Shown one piece after another: positions 18,893-28,889 of a DNA stretch of 64,000 nt (positions within the stretch are counted from its first letter, which is position 1; each line of letters opens with the position of its first letter). This DNA is from Candidatus Spyradenecus sp. Lineage in GTDB: Bacteria > Verrucomicrobiota > Verrucomicrobiia > Opitutales > UBA953. Under the pieces are notes generated by a model. It was not told the origin of the DNA. It worked only from the letters and a program-made list of their open reading frames with translations, and made no database searches. A program made the translations under genes and the position numbers. The stretch is taken from contig JAZSKX010000007.1 of the NCBI GenBank assembly GCA_045535075.1, positions 128,001-192,000 on the forward strand. Direction: 5' to 3'.

Positions 18893-19252
18893 TTATTTTG
18901 TCTTCGGGATATCTTCTCCGATTTCAATTTCTTGCGGGTGATTCCGTTTTTCTTTTTCGAGGCGATGAGCCCGACGGATTTGGCGAATCAGCTTATCCAT
19001 TAATTCGTCAATCGACTTATAAAGGTCGTCCGAAGTAATGCTAAGAATAATATTCGGTCCCGGAATTTCCAGCGAAGCTTTTGCAACAAACGAGTTTTTC
19101 GGATCTTTGGTCGGGATGTATTCCAATTCAAAATTTGCACGGATGATGCGGTCGTTATGCTCAAAAAGCTTGGAAGCTTTTTCGCTGACGTAAGTTTTCA
19201 GGGCTTCCGTCAAATCAAGGTTGATACCGCTGATATTAATTTTTCCATTCAT
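18893..19252 (-). CDS. hpf: Ribosome hibernation promoting factor (short HPF/RaiA)
   Basis: INISGINLDLTEALKTYV...DLYKSID...KLIRQIRR. Confidence 0.9.
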   Translation of the reverse strand: MNGKINISGINLDLTEALKTYVSEKASKLFEHNDRIIRANFELEYIPTKDPKNSFVAKASLEIPGPNIILSITSDDLYKSIDELMDKLIRQIRRAHRLEKEKRNHPQEIEIGEDIPKTK

Positions 19253-19477
19253 GGGATATGTATTTTTACTCCTGGGGTTTGGGGTTGTAGGAGCTTGTTT
19301 TGCAATACTGCCAAACAAGAATTCGGGCTTCTCCCGAACTGCCGTGATTAGAGCAAATTCCGTGTGTGAACTCAATCCAAAACGCTCGAAATCCCGAAAT
19401 TTCCGACGGCGTTCCCGCGTGGAGCATTTATGAAATTCCGTATTCACGTTTCCGACTTTTCCCGTATTATTTTTCGC

Positions 19478-19834
19478 ATGTCTAAATTCCTTTTTGTCGA
19501 GTATCCGAGATGTTCAACTTGCCAACGAGCCAAGAAATTTCTTGAAGAAAAAGGCGTTGATTTTGAGGCGCGCCACATCGTTGAAAATCCTCCGAGTATC
19601 GAAGAATTGCGTGCTTGGATTACCCGAAGCGGGCTTCCGCTGAAAAAATTTTTTAATACCTCCGGATTGCGTTACAAAGCGCTTGCGCTGAAGGACAAGC
19701 TTCCCGTAATGAGCGAAGACGAACAAATCGCACTTCTCGCGAGCGACGGAATGCTTATCAAGCGCCCGCTTCTTATTTCGAACGCATCCGTTTGTGTGGG
19801 ATTTAAGGAAAGCGCGTGGGAGACGAGTCTTTGA
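19478..19834 (+). CDS. ArsC/Spx family reductase
   Basis: YPRCSTCQRAKK, FFNTSG, GMLIKRPL. Confidence 0.9.
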   Translation: MSKFLFVEYPRCSTCQRAKKFLEEKGVDFEARHIVENPPSIEELRAWITRSGLPLKKFFNTSGLRYKALALKDKLPVMSEDEQIALLASDGMLIKRPLLISNASVCVGFKESAWETSL

Positions 19835-19919
19835 ACTGCGTTCCCGCGACTGCCGGAGCTTCACAAAATAATGTCTTGGGTGGGATTGAAGCCGGGATTG
19901 TTCCCGTGGTGTTCGACGC

Positions 19920-20213
19920 GGCGATCCCAGTTCGATCTTGCCCCATCTTCATTAAAAATCAATTCATTAAACGATGGGCTCTGAAATTCTCTCAGCTACG
20001 CTCCCGCGGGATGCGGATATCCACGTGAAAGAAAGTGTTTCAGCCGGACATCGCCTCTACACGGTAGAATTGCAGGAAATAAAAATGCCGCCGGAACGAG
20101 GATTAAAATCCATAAATGGAGAACCCAGGATTGAGCCACACCACACTTCCGACGGCAAACGCAAGGTTGCGGAAGAAGCTGCGAAAGTCAACCGAGTTCT
20201 CCGGCTTTTGTAG
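19920..20213 (+). pseudogene. Probable fragment of a phage/plasmid polyvalent-protein domain (LPD3-like)
   Basis: IKRWALKF in one frame, then VKESVSAGHRLYTVELQEIK in another; resemblance from memory only. Confidence 0.35.
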
Positions 20214-20294
20214 TTTTTTCGAGGAGTGAGCAGTTTTTGTCAAACAAGCCTTTCCCTTTCTGCGTTCCCGTGTGAGGTGCGGCATTATTTTTAA

Positions 20295-20561
20295 ATGGAT
20301 TTAAGCACGACTCAGGTTTTTCACGGCGATTGCCTTGATTTGATCAAAGAAATCCCTGACGCGTCGGTTGATGCGGTTGTTTCCTACCCGCCTTACGGCT
20401 ATTTAAAACATCGACCGGATCGACCGTTTGACGAAGATACGCTCTTTGCCGAGTTTAAGCGGATACTTAAGCCCGCGGGCGCAATCGTGCTTTTCGGGCG
20501 CGGCGTGCCGTTTTCCGATGGGGCAGGTGTCAAGATGATTTTTTACGTCCTCAGAAATTAA
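20295..20561 (+). pseudogene. Truncated N4/N6 DNA methyltransferase
   Basis: HGDCLDLIKEIPDASVDAV-SYPPY (catalytic DPPY altered), FKRILKP; breaks off after about 75 aa with no SAM-binding motif. Confidence 0.75.
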
Positions 20562-20775
20562 GGATTTTGCTCTTTTACAAGTGGCGTTTTGCCTTTTTCT
20601 AAGGTTGCGATACGAACTTTGGGAGTTTTCGGAGTAAAAATCTGTTTTGCTTAATAAAGAAGCTTCGTTTTTAGGCGCTTTTTTTGAAATTACAGTTGAC
20701 GCAACGGCGTTTCGCGCCTGTATTTATCTATGTTAACTACGTTAACACCAAATTAACAACTTAGTCCTCATAATT

Positions 20776-21063
20776 ATGAACAAAGGTGAACTCATCGAAA
20801 AAGTAAAAGCAACGCTCGGCGGCGATACCTCCAAGGCTGCTGCAGAACGTGCTGTTGAAGCCGTCCTCGAATCCATCAAGGCCGGTATCAAGGCTGACAA
20901 GACCGTCCAAATCATTGGTTTTGGTACGTTTGCGGTTGCGACCCGCGCTGCGCGTCAGGGCGTTAACCCGAAAACGGGCGAAAAGATCAAGATTAAGGCT
21001 TCGAAGTCGGTTAAATTCAAAGCCGGTTCTGCTCTCAAAGCTGTTGCTGCTAAGGCGAAATAA
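20776..21063 (+). CDS. hup: HU family DNA-binding protein
   Basis: MNKGELI, IGFGTF, ARQGVNPKTGE, KFKAG. Confidence 0.96.
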   Translation: MNKGELIEKVKATLGGDTSKAAAERAVEAVLESIKAGIKADKTVQIIGFGTFAVATRAARQGVNPKTGEKIKIKASKSVKFKAGSALKAVAAKAK

Positions 21064-21087
21064 GCTCCTTGCTTTTTCTCCCATGAG

Positions 21088-21119
21088 GCCTGCCCGGTTT
21101 TCGGGCAGGTTCTTTTTTT
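21088..21119 (+). terminator. hup terminator
   Basis: GCCTGCCCGG-ttt-TCGGGCAGGT followed by a T-run. Confidence 0.75.
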
Positions 21120-21152
21120 AGAGATATTTTTCAGTAGAGGAGTTTACGGACG

Positions 21153-22235
21153 ATGTTTTTTAATTTTTTTAAAAAGAAGAAATCTGTTGGCATTTCGCCG
21201 GACGCGCTCGATTTCGTCATCGTCGGGCAGGGCTTGGCGGGAACGCTACTCGCGCTCGAGCTTGAAAAACGCGGACGCAGGGTGCTCATCGTCGACGACG
21301 GTTGGAAAACCGCCGCCTCGCAGGTTGCCGCCGGCGTTCTCAACCCCGTAACGGGAATGCGCATCGTCAAAACGCTCGGGGCGGACGATCTCGTTCCCGC
21401 TGCCAAGCGCGTTTATGCGGAGCTTGCCGAGCGATTCGGTGAAACGTTTTTCCGCGAAACGCCGTTCTATCGTTTTTATACTTCCGAACACGAAAAAAGC
21501 GTTAAGGCAAAGCGCGAAAGAGATCCCGATTACGACGGTTGGCTTTCGCCGGACGTTCCCTCGGGAACGCTTTGCGGCGGAGGGCTTGCGGACCGCCTCG
21601 GCGGATTTTTCGTCAATCGTGCCGGCTGGCTCGATATCCCGAAGCTGCTTGCCCGAGCGCGCGAAATGTGGCGTTCCCGCGGCGTTTTTCTTGAAGAGAA
21701 TTTTAATTACGCGGATGTCGAAACCTCGCGCGGCGGTGTGCGCTGGCGCGGACGCGAAGTGCACGGCGGGATCATTTTTTGCGAAGGCTTTCGCGTGCGG
21801 GAAAATCCGTGGTTTTCGCATTTGAAATGGCAACCGGCGAAAGGCGAATTTGTCGAAATCGAACTCGCGGGAACGGAAAAATTCCAAGGGCAGATTTTAA
21901 AAAGCTCGGTTGCGGCGATTCCGCTCGGCGGCACGCGCTGGCGTGTCGGGACAAATTACGATCGCGACACGCTCGACTCGCAACCGACGCCGGAAGTCGC
22001 CGAGCGTATCCGCCGTTCGTTTTGCGCGATTTTTGCGGGAACGCCGGACGCGGAGTCTGCGCGGATTGTCGCGCATCGCGCGGGCGTGCGTCCCGCCGTT
22101 CGGGGAACTTTGCCGAAAGTCGGTGCGCACGAAAAATTTTCCAAAATATTCCTTTTCAACGGCTTCGGCTCCAAAGGCGTAACTTGGCTTCCGCTCTACG
22201 CCGAACGCTTCGCCGCCAAACTTTGCGGGTCATGA
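21153..22235 (+). CDS. FAD-dependent oxidoreductase (DAO family)
   Basis: IVGQGLAG, ASQVAAG, AGVRP, NGFGSKG. Confidence 0.85.
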   Translation: MFFNFFKKKKSVGISPDALDFVIVGQGLAGTLLALELEKRGRRVLIVDDGWKTAASQVAAGVLNPVTGMRIVKTLGADDLVPAAKRVYAELAERFGETFFRETPFYRFYTSEHEKSVKAKRERDPDYDGWLSPDVPSGTLCGGGLADRLGGFFVNRAGWLDIPKLLARAREMWRSRGVFLEENFNYADVETSRGGVRWRGREVHGGIIFCEGFRVRENPWFSHLKWQPAKGEFVEIELAGTEKFQGQILKSSVAAIPLGGTRWRVGTNYDRDTLDSQPTPEVAERIRRSFCAIFAGTPDAESARIVAHRAGVRPAVRGTLPKVGAHEKFSKIFLFNGFGSKGVTWLPLYAERFAAKLCGS

Positions 22236-22420
22236 TTCCTCGAAAAATATGCCGTTATCGTGCGCGTCAGGTTTTATCGAGTTTCGACAAATTCTTTTTC
22301 CGTCGACGCGTTTAAATGCTGCGGGAACGCGATCGAAATTTTTGATTCGGGATTAAAGCAAAATCTTCGGAAAATAAATTGCTCGCAGTAGGGAAAATTT
22401 TTATGCTTCGCGGCTAGTTT

Positions 22421-23017
22421 ATGATAAGTTCGCCTTCAAATGATCGGATTTTGGCGCGCGACGTCGATGCGACGGTCGTGCCTTCAGGGGACGCGGCGTT
22501 TTTGCCGGCGGGAACGAAAGTCAATATTACGCATCGCCTCGGCGGGAATTTTACCGTTGTCTGTGATGTCGGAATGTTTCGTATTCTCGGAAAAGATGCC
22601 GATGCGCTCGGAGAAACGCAGGCAGATGCATTGAATGCAAGTTCCGGCGAAACGACGGCGTTCGGTTCTTACGGGACGGCAGAGCATCCGGGGCATGTCG
22701 GCGAGCCCGACAAGGAAACGCTTTGGGAAGCGCTGCGGCAGGTTTACGATCCGGAGATTCCGGTCGACATCGTCAATCTCGGACTGATTTATAAGCTTGA
22801 AGTCGTACCGCTCGGCGATGAGCGATATTCGGCGCAAGTTGCGATGACGCTGACGGCGCCCGGTTGCGGCATGGGGCCGATTATGGCGGAAGATGCGCGC
22901 AATCGCCTGTTGACCGTTCCCGGGGTGAACGAAGCGCGTGTCGAAATTGTTTTCGAGCCGCCTTGGACGCAGGACATGATTTCCGAAGAAGGAAAAATGG
23001 AATTGGGTTTGATTTAA
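22421..23017 (+). CDS. sufT: Fe-S cluster assembly protein SufT (DUF59)
   Basis: VYDPEIPVDIVNLGLIY, MTLTAPGCGMG, PPW, plus the N-terminal LGGNFTV extension. Confidence 0.88.
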   Translation: MISSPSNDRILARDVDATVVPSGDAAFLPAGTKVNITHRLGGNFTVVCDVGMFRILGKDADALGETQADALNASSGETTAFGSYGTAEHPGHVGEPDKETLWEALRQVYDPEIPVDIVNLGLIYKLEVVPLGDERYSAQVAMTLTAPGCGMGPIMAEDARNRLLTVPGVNEARVEIVFEPPWTQDMISEEGKMELGLI

Positions 23018-23032
23018 AAAATTAATTTGAGC

Positions 23033-23851
23033 ATGGATTTTCCGGAGAAAATAGATCCCGGAACGCTTGTGCGGTATCAACGGGAACTCGGTTCGATGCT
23101 TCCCGTTTTTTTTACGGAAACGACGGGAAGCACAAACTCGGATGCGGCGGCGATGCTGGCATCGGGCAGGGCGGAAGGGAATTTTGCGATTGTCGCGAAT
23201 GCGCAATGTGCCGGAAGAGGGCGTATTCCCGGGCGGCGTTGGGAAAGCGTTCCCGGCAATATTTTTCTTTCCTGCGGTTTTTTGCCGCCGGCGCTCCCGC
23301 CTTCACGTTTGGCAAATTTTACGCTTTGGCTCGGCGTCGCCGTCGCAAAAATGTTGCGGGAAAAATTTTCCGTTCCCGTGGTCGTAAAATGGCCGAACGA
23401 TATTTGGTGCCGCGGGAAAAAAATGGCGGGTATGTTGACGGAGGCCCATGTCGGCGCAGGAAAAATTCGCGGAATTATTTTCGGCATCGGATTAAATGTA
23501 AACCTCGATGTTCTCTCGGAAAAAAATGCTTTTCCGGCGACTTCGCTGAAAGCCGAACTCGGCGGAAAACAACTTGATGTCAATCGCGTTTGCGCCGAGC
23601 TGTTGCTCGCGATTGAAGCCGCCTATGCGGATTTTGTCGCGGGAACGCACGGAGAAAAACTTGCCGCAACTTGGCGGAGCTTTGACTGCTTGGGCGGCAA
23701 GCGCGTCGTCGCTGTTTACGGGAACGAAAAAATCGCGGGAACTGCTTGCGGTGTCGATACCGGAGGGAATTTGCTTATCCGGACGGACGCGGGAACGCTC
23801 CACGCATTCGCCGCCGGCGACATTACTTTGGAGAAATTTGCGGAGGCGTGA
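23033..23851 (+). CDS. birA: Biotin-[acetyl-CoA carboxylase] ligase (no HTH)
   Basis: STNSDA, AGRGR, KWPNDI, KKMAG. Confidence 0.92.
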   Translation: MDFPEKIDPGTLVRYQRELGSMLPVFFTETTGSTNSDAAAMLASGRAEGNFAIVANAQCAGRGRIPGRRWESVPGNIFLSCGFLPPALPPSRLANFTLWLGVAVAKMLREKFSVPVVVKWPNDIWCRGKKMAGMLTEAHVGAGKIRGIIFGIGLNVNLDVLSEKNAFPATSLKAELGGKQLDVNRVCAELLLAIEAAYADFVAGTHGEKLAATWRSFDCLGGKRVVAVYGNEKIAGTACGVDTGGNLLIRTDAGTLHAFAAGDITLEKFAEA

Positions 23852-23954
23852 TTCGCTCCCGAAAGCTGCTCGCGGCGAATGCCTAAAGCGTTCCTGCGGA
23901 TAAAAAGAAAAATTTTGGAATCTGCGCCGCTGTTTTTCTATAATTCGGAAAATT

Positions 23955-24977
23955 ATGGAACAGAACGAACTCAACGAACTTCAGCAAAATATTCGTGCGG
24001 CATCGGCATTTGTCAGCCGATTGAGAATTGAAATCGGGCGTGTGGTCGCCGGGCAGGATACGCTGGTTACGCGTATGATTATGGGCTTGCTTACGAACGG
24101 GCATTTGCTCGTGGAAGGCTTGCCGGGCTTGGCGAAAACGCTCGCGATTAAAACGCTTTCACAGGCAATCGGCGGTTCGTTTTCCCGGGTACAGTTTACT
24201 CCGGATTTGCTGCCGGCGGACGTGATGGGAACGACGATTTACAATGCGGCAAAGAGCGAATTTTCCGTCCGGCTCGGACCGATTTTTGCGAATATCGTTC
24301 TTGCCGACGAAATCAACCGCGCTCCCGCTAAGGTTCAGGCGGCATTATTGGAAGCGATGCAGGAAAAACAGGTAACAATCGGCGGCGAAACGCACAAGCT
24401 CCCGCATCCGTTTCTTGTGATGGCGACGCAAAATCCGATTGAACAGGAGGGAACTTATCCGCTTCCGGAAGCGCAAATCGATCGTTTCCTCTTCAAGGTA
24501 AACGTGGATTATCCGACGCGCTCGGAAGAACGCCAAGTTGTCGAACGCATGGCGCACCCGGAAAACACGCTGAGTGTTTCTCAGGTTTGCACGCTTGATG
24601 AAATCCTCGAAGCGCGCAAGTGGCTCGATAAAATTTACATGGATGAAAAAATCCTGGATTACATCCTTGACCTTGTTATCGCGACGCGCCCGGGCAAGCG
24701 CGATTCGCTTTCCGGGCGGCAAAGCGAAACGGATCTTTCCCGCATTCGGGATTGGGTCGCCGTCGGCGCGTCTCCGCGTGCTCCGATTGCGCTTGCTCTT
24801 GCCGCGCGCGCTCACGCGTTTTTGGACGGGCGCGCTTATGTCGTCCCGCAAGACGTCAAAGCCGTCGCAAGCGACATTCTTTCGCATCGCGTCGCGCCGT
24901 CTTATGAGGCGGAGGCGGAAAATATTTCCTCGAAAGACATCGTCAATTTCATTTTGGAAAATTTGAAAACACCGTAA
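23955..24977 (+). CDS. moxR: MoxR family AAA+ ATPase
   Basis: GLPGLAKT, QFTPDLLPAD, DEINRAPAKVQ, ATQNPIEQEGTYPLPEAQIDRF. Confidence 0.94.
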   Translation: MEQNELNELQQNIRAASAFVSRLRIEIGRVVAGQDTLVTRMIMGLLTNGHLLVEGLPGLAKTLAIKTLSQAIGGSFSRVQFTPDLLPADVMGTTIYNAAKSEFSVRLGPIFANIVLADEINRAPAKVQAALLEAMQEKQVTIGGETHKLPHPFLVMATQNPIEQEGTYPLPEAQIDRFLFKVNVDYPTRSEERQVVERMAHPENTLSVSQVCTLDEILEARKWLDKIYMDEKILDYILDLVIATRPGKRDSLSGRQSETDLSRIRDWVAVGASPRAPIALALAARAHAFLDGRAYVVPQDVKAVASDILSHRVAPSYEAEAENISSKDIVNFILENLKTP

Positions 24978-25013
24978 ATTTCCCGTTCCCGCAAAACCGT
25001 TTCAAAACGAATT

Positions 25014-25886
25014 ATGGATGTCGGAGAGCTGATTTCGGAAGTGCGCCGTTTGGAGATTCGGACGCGGCGGATCGTGGACAACATGGTCGGCGGCGCGTAT
25101 CGTTCCCGCTTCAAAGGGCGCGGGATTGAGTTCGAGGAAGTGCGCGAGTACGAGCTAGGCGACGATGTGCGCGACATCGATTGGAATGTTTCCGCGCGCA
25201 TGGGCGCCCCGTTCGTCAAAAAATATGTCGAAGAGCGCGAATTGCACGTTTTGTTGGCAATCGATGTTTCGGCATCGGGCTTGTTCGGCTCGGGCGAAAA
25301 AACAAAAATTCGCACGCAAGCGGAAATTGCGGCGTTGCTGGCTTTGAGCGCCGTGCGTTCCCGCGACAAAGTCGGAATGCTGATGTTTTCGGATCGTATC
25401 GAGAAGCATTTGCCGATGCGTAGCGGCAAAGCGCACGTTTTGCGCATGATTCGCGAACTCGTCGCAAGCGAACCGCAAGGCAGAGAAACCGATATTGCGG
25501 GAGCGCTGACGCAGATGCACCGCCTGCTGAAAAAACGCACCGTCGTTTTTGTCATTTCCGATTTTCTCGACTCGCGGGAACGCTGGACACAAGCATTGGG
25601 AATGCTTTCCCGCCGGCACGATGTCGTGTTGGTCAATGTCAACGATCCGGTTGAGAAAAAATGGCAGCTTCCCGGAAACTGGAATGTCGTTGATGCCGAA
25701 ACGCTCGGCGGCGGAACGTTTTGCGCGAACGCGGGATTTCGCCGGCTCTATGCGGAAATCGCCGAGCGGGAACACGAAGCGCTGGAAAAAGAAGCCGCGC
25801 GCGCCAAAGCCGGTTGGATTTCTCTGACCTGCGGCGAAGACGTCGTTTTTCCGCTCATGCGTTATTTTGACAAGGGAAGGCGATAG
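25014..25886 (+). CDS. DUF58 domain protein
   Basis: GRGIEFEEVREY..GDDVRDIDWNVSAR, DVSAS, ISDF. Confidence 0.92.
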   Translation: MDVGELISEVRRLEIRTRRIVDNMVGGAYRSRFKGRGIEFEEVREYELGDDVRDIDWNVSARMGAPFVKKYVEERELHVLLAIDVSASGLFGSGEKTKIRTQAEIAALLALSAVRSRDKVGMLMFSDRIEKHLPMRSGKAHVLRMIRELVASEPQGRETDIAGALTQMHRLLKKRTVVFVISDFLDSRERWTQALGMLSRRHDVVLVNVNDPVEKKWQLPGNWNVVDAETLGGGTFCANAGFRRLYAEIAEREHEALEKEAARAKAGWISLTCGEDVVFPLMRYFDKGRR

Positions 25887-26095
25887 AGCGATTGACGGAT
25901 TCGCGGGAACGCTTGTTTTGCGGATTTTCCGACAAGCGTTTGAAAGCCGGAGCGTTGTTTCGCTTCCGGCTTTTTTTGTGTCTCCTGAAAACTGAAATTT
26001 GCCTTGAACGCAGGAGTTTTTCATACACAATAAATGGCGTTCAGTCGAAGTCGGCTGGATAGCAAGTTGTCAAAAACATTTACTCGAAACACCAC

Positions 26096-26668
26096 ATGAA
26101 AAACTCCCGAAAAATTCTCGCAGGCTTGGCTTTTGCCGGGCTTCTCTCGTTCGCCGGTTGCGCGTCCAATCCGGAAGCGGCTTCCTCGCTTCCGTACAAC
26201 CCGGAAGCTCCGGCTCCGGTTAAAATTGTTGAGCCGCTTGCCGAATTCGTGAACGATACCGACGAAGCGTTTCGCGCCCGCGCTCAGGCGGAAGCCACTA
26301 TCCCGCAGAACGCGAAAAGCGCCGCGATGATGAATGCGAAGGTCATTCTCGCCGGAAAAATCAATACGGCGATTGATTCCGTTTCCGAATCTTCCGCCTC
26401 AACGGCGCAGGAAGATGCGACGATTATTTCGCAACGTAACTGGAAAGAAGCCGCTAAAGCACACGTTCAACAAACATTGGTGAATGTCCGCGTTTTGGGC
26501 GAAGAGCTTTTCCGCGAGCCGTCGGACAGTCGCTACATCGCTTACGTCGCAATCGAGGTAAACAAAAAAGACCTTGCGAACACTCTTTCCAACAAGGCGG
26601 TTCAAACTTCCGCCGAAGAAAAGGCAAAGCTTCGCGCTAATCTCGAAAACGCGTTTTCCGGAAAATAA
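26096..26668 (+). CDS. Lipoprotein (LPP20-like)
   Basis: Lipobox FAGC after a hydrophobic signal; A...AK..LA helical pattern. Confidence 0.7.
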   Translation: MKNSRKILAGLAFAGLLSFAGCASNPEAASSLPYNPEAPAPVKIVEPLAEFVNDTDEAFRARAQAEATIPQNAKSAAMMNAKVILAGKINTAIDSVSESSASTAQEDATIISQRNWKEAAKAHVQQTLVNVRVLGEELFREPSDSRYIAYVAIEVNKKDLANTLSNKAVQTSAEEKAKLRANLENAFSGK

Positions 26669-26810
26669 TTCGGATAACGTAATTTTCCGATAATTACAAA
26701 CGGCGGCGATGTCGCGCTTTCCCGCGAGACTTGCCGCCGTTGTTTGGTTTTTTGGTACTGACGCGCTTTTCTCTTGTCGTTGAGAAATAATTACAAATCA
26801 AAGGCTTCCC

Positions 26811-28889
26811 GTGAAGCGGTTTTTAATTCTGATATTTTCTCTAAACGGCTTATTCGCTTTTGCCGGAGATTTTACGCTACGCGATCTCGGCGGCGGAAAC
26901 GCCGAAATCTCCGCTTACAACGGCGATGCGTCAACCTTGCGCGTTCCCGCGAGTATTGACGGCAGGAAAATTACTTCTGTCGGCGCTCAGGCATTTTTCG
27001 GGAACGACAATCTGAAAGTGCTTGTTTTGCCCGAAGGCATTACTGCAGTCAACGCGCTTGCTTTTGCGCATTGCGCGAAGCTCGAACGCGTCGAATTCCC
27101 GAACTCTCTGGAGAAAATCGGCGCGCGTGCGTTTTTCGCTTGCGGAAAGCTTGCGGCAATCGCTTTGCCCGATTCATTGAAAAGCATCGGCGACGAAGCC
27201 TTCGCGTTTTGTTCCGCTCTTAAAACCGTTTCCGCGCCGCTTCAAATTCCGGTGTTGGGTGAAAATATTTTCCCGCTGAACGCGCCGGCGCTTTTTCCGC
27301 CGAACCGCTTTCCCGTAATCGAAATCGAGTCTGAAGCAATCGAACTCGTCGATCCGTCCGGAGATCGGGCGATTGACGGGAACGAAAGTTGCGTACTTCG
27401 TGTTCCCGTGAGAAACCTCGGGAACGCGGACGCTTACGCTTGCCGCCTCTTGGCGGAGGTGAAAAATGCCGATGCCGCGTTGACATTCCCGCGTTGCCTC
27501 GGCATCACGAAAATTCCCGCAGGCGAAACCGTCGTCGCCGAAATTCCGATTGCCGCTTCCCGCGAACTTCGCGCCGGGAATGCCGAATTTTCTTTCGTCG
27601 TCGAAGAACCCAATCGCTTCGACTCGGAAGAACGCGTTCTCGCGCTCGAAACGCGTCCGTTTGTCGCTCCCGCGATTAAAATCGTTGATTTTTCCGTCAG
27701 CGGGCAGGGCGGTTCGACATTGAAAAAGAATACGCCGTTTGACTTGCAGATTTTCCTTCAAAATACGTCTGCCGGGCGGGCGGAAGACGTTGCCGTCGAA
27801 GTCGAATTGCCGAGCGGAATCGTGCTTGTTGAAGGCGAGAAGAAACAAGCTTTCGGCACTTTGGCGGGCGGAGACGTTAAGCCTTTGGAGTTTTCGCTTC
27901 TCGTGCCGCGCCGCTATCGCGGGAACGAAATTCCCGTGCGTGTTAAGCTTGCCGAAAAATACGGCACTTACGCCGAAGATTGGGAAACGACTTTGCGGCT
28001 CAATACTTCGATTGCAACAAGCAAAACGACGATTAAAGCCGGCGCCTCCGGCAATACTTCCGGCGAAATCGAAATTTTTTCCTTCGCTTCCGAAGTCGAT
28101 AAAAACATTCCCGAAAATCCGGAAAACCGTTCCCGCAATCTCTTCGTCGCGATTATCGCTAACGAAGATTACAAGTCCGTGGCGGACGTTCGCTTCGCAC
28201 ATAACGACGGAAATATTTTTTATGAATATTGCCGAAAAACGCTCGGCGTTCCCGCAAGCCAGATTAAGTTTTGTAAGGACGCAACGCTCGGCAGCATGAG
28301 CGAAGCAATCGCTTGGCTCGAAAAACGCGGAGAAACAAAAGACGCCGAGCTTGTCCTCTATTATTCCGGACACGGCGTTCCCGACGACGAAACGCGTAGC
28401 GCGTATTTGCTCCCGACAGATTGTTCGCCGGCGGTGCTCGCCTATGCGTCTGCCGTCAAGCTGGAGAATATTTATGAACAACTCGCGCGTTCCGAAGCCA
28501 AACTCGTCAGCGTGTTTTTGGATGCCTGTTTCAGCGGAATGCGCCGCGACAACGCGCCGATTGTCGCCGCAAAAGCGGTTCGCCTCGCCTTGCCTAAGGG
28601 CGATTTGTCAAGGCTTCCGCCGAATCTTGTCGTTTTTACGGCGGCGAGCGGCGATCAAACCGCGCACTTTGCCGAATCCGAAAAACACGGGCTCTTCACT
28701 TATGTCCTTTTGAAAAAATTGCAGGAAACCCGCGGGAACATTTCGCTTTCCGAACTCGGGAATTACCTGAAGGAATCCGTTTTTGAACAATCGCTCAAAC
28801 TCGGCGATTTCGAGCAAAACCCGAGCGTGCTTTCGCACGACGCGTTCCCGCATTGGAACGAAAAACTCTACGACGCGGAGGAAAAATAA
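26811..28889 (+). CDS. Exported protein: BspA-type LRR + Ig-like domains + caspase (peptidase C14) domain
   Basis: Signal peptide; IG..AF..C..L repeats; YYSGHG and DACFSG dyad; HGLFTY and Q.P motifs. Confidence 0.85.
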   Translation: MKRFLILIFSLNGLFAFAGDFTLRDLGGGNAEISAYNGDASTLRVPASIDGRKITSVGAQAFFGNDNLKVLVLPEGITAVNALAFAHCAKLERVEFPNSLEKIGARAFFACGKLAAIALPDSLKSIGDEAFAFCSALKTVSAPLQIPVLGENIFPLNAPALFPPNRFPVIEIESEAIELVDPSGDRAIDGNESCVLRVPVRNLGNADAYACRLLAEVKNADAALTFPRCLGITKIPAGETVVAEIPIAASRELRAGNAEFSFVVEEPNRFDSEERVLALETRPFVAPAIKIVDFSVSGQGGSTLKKNTPFDLQIFLQNTSAGRAEDVAVEVELPSGIVLVEGEKKQAFGTLAGGDVKPLEFSLLVPRRYRGNEIPVRVKLAEKYGTYAEDWETTLRLNTSIATSKTTIKAGASGNTSGEIEIFSFASEVDKNIPENPENRSRNLFVAIIANEDYKSVADVRFAHNDGNIFYEYCRKTLGVPASQIKFCKDATLGSMSEAIAWLEKRGETKDAELVLYYSGHGVPDDETRSAYLLPTDCSPAVLAYASAVKLENIYEQLARSEAKLVSVFLDACFSGMRRDNAPIVAAKAVRLALPKGDLSRLPPNLVVFTAASGDQTAHFAESEKHGLFTYVLLKKLQETRGNISLSELGNYLKESVFEQSLKLGDFEQNPSVLSHDAFPHWNEKLYDAEEK

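Noticed and set aside
20295..20561. Functional restriction-modification system explaining the motif
   Set aside because: The methyltransferase is truncated, its catalytic motif is altered, and no partner endonuclease is present.
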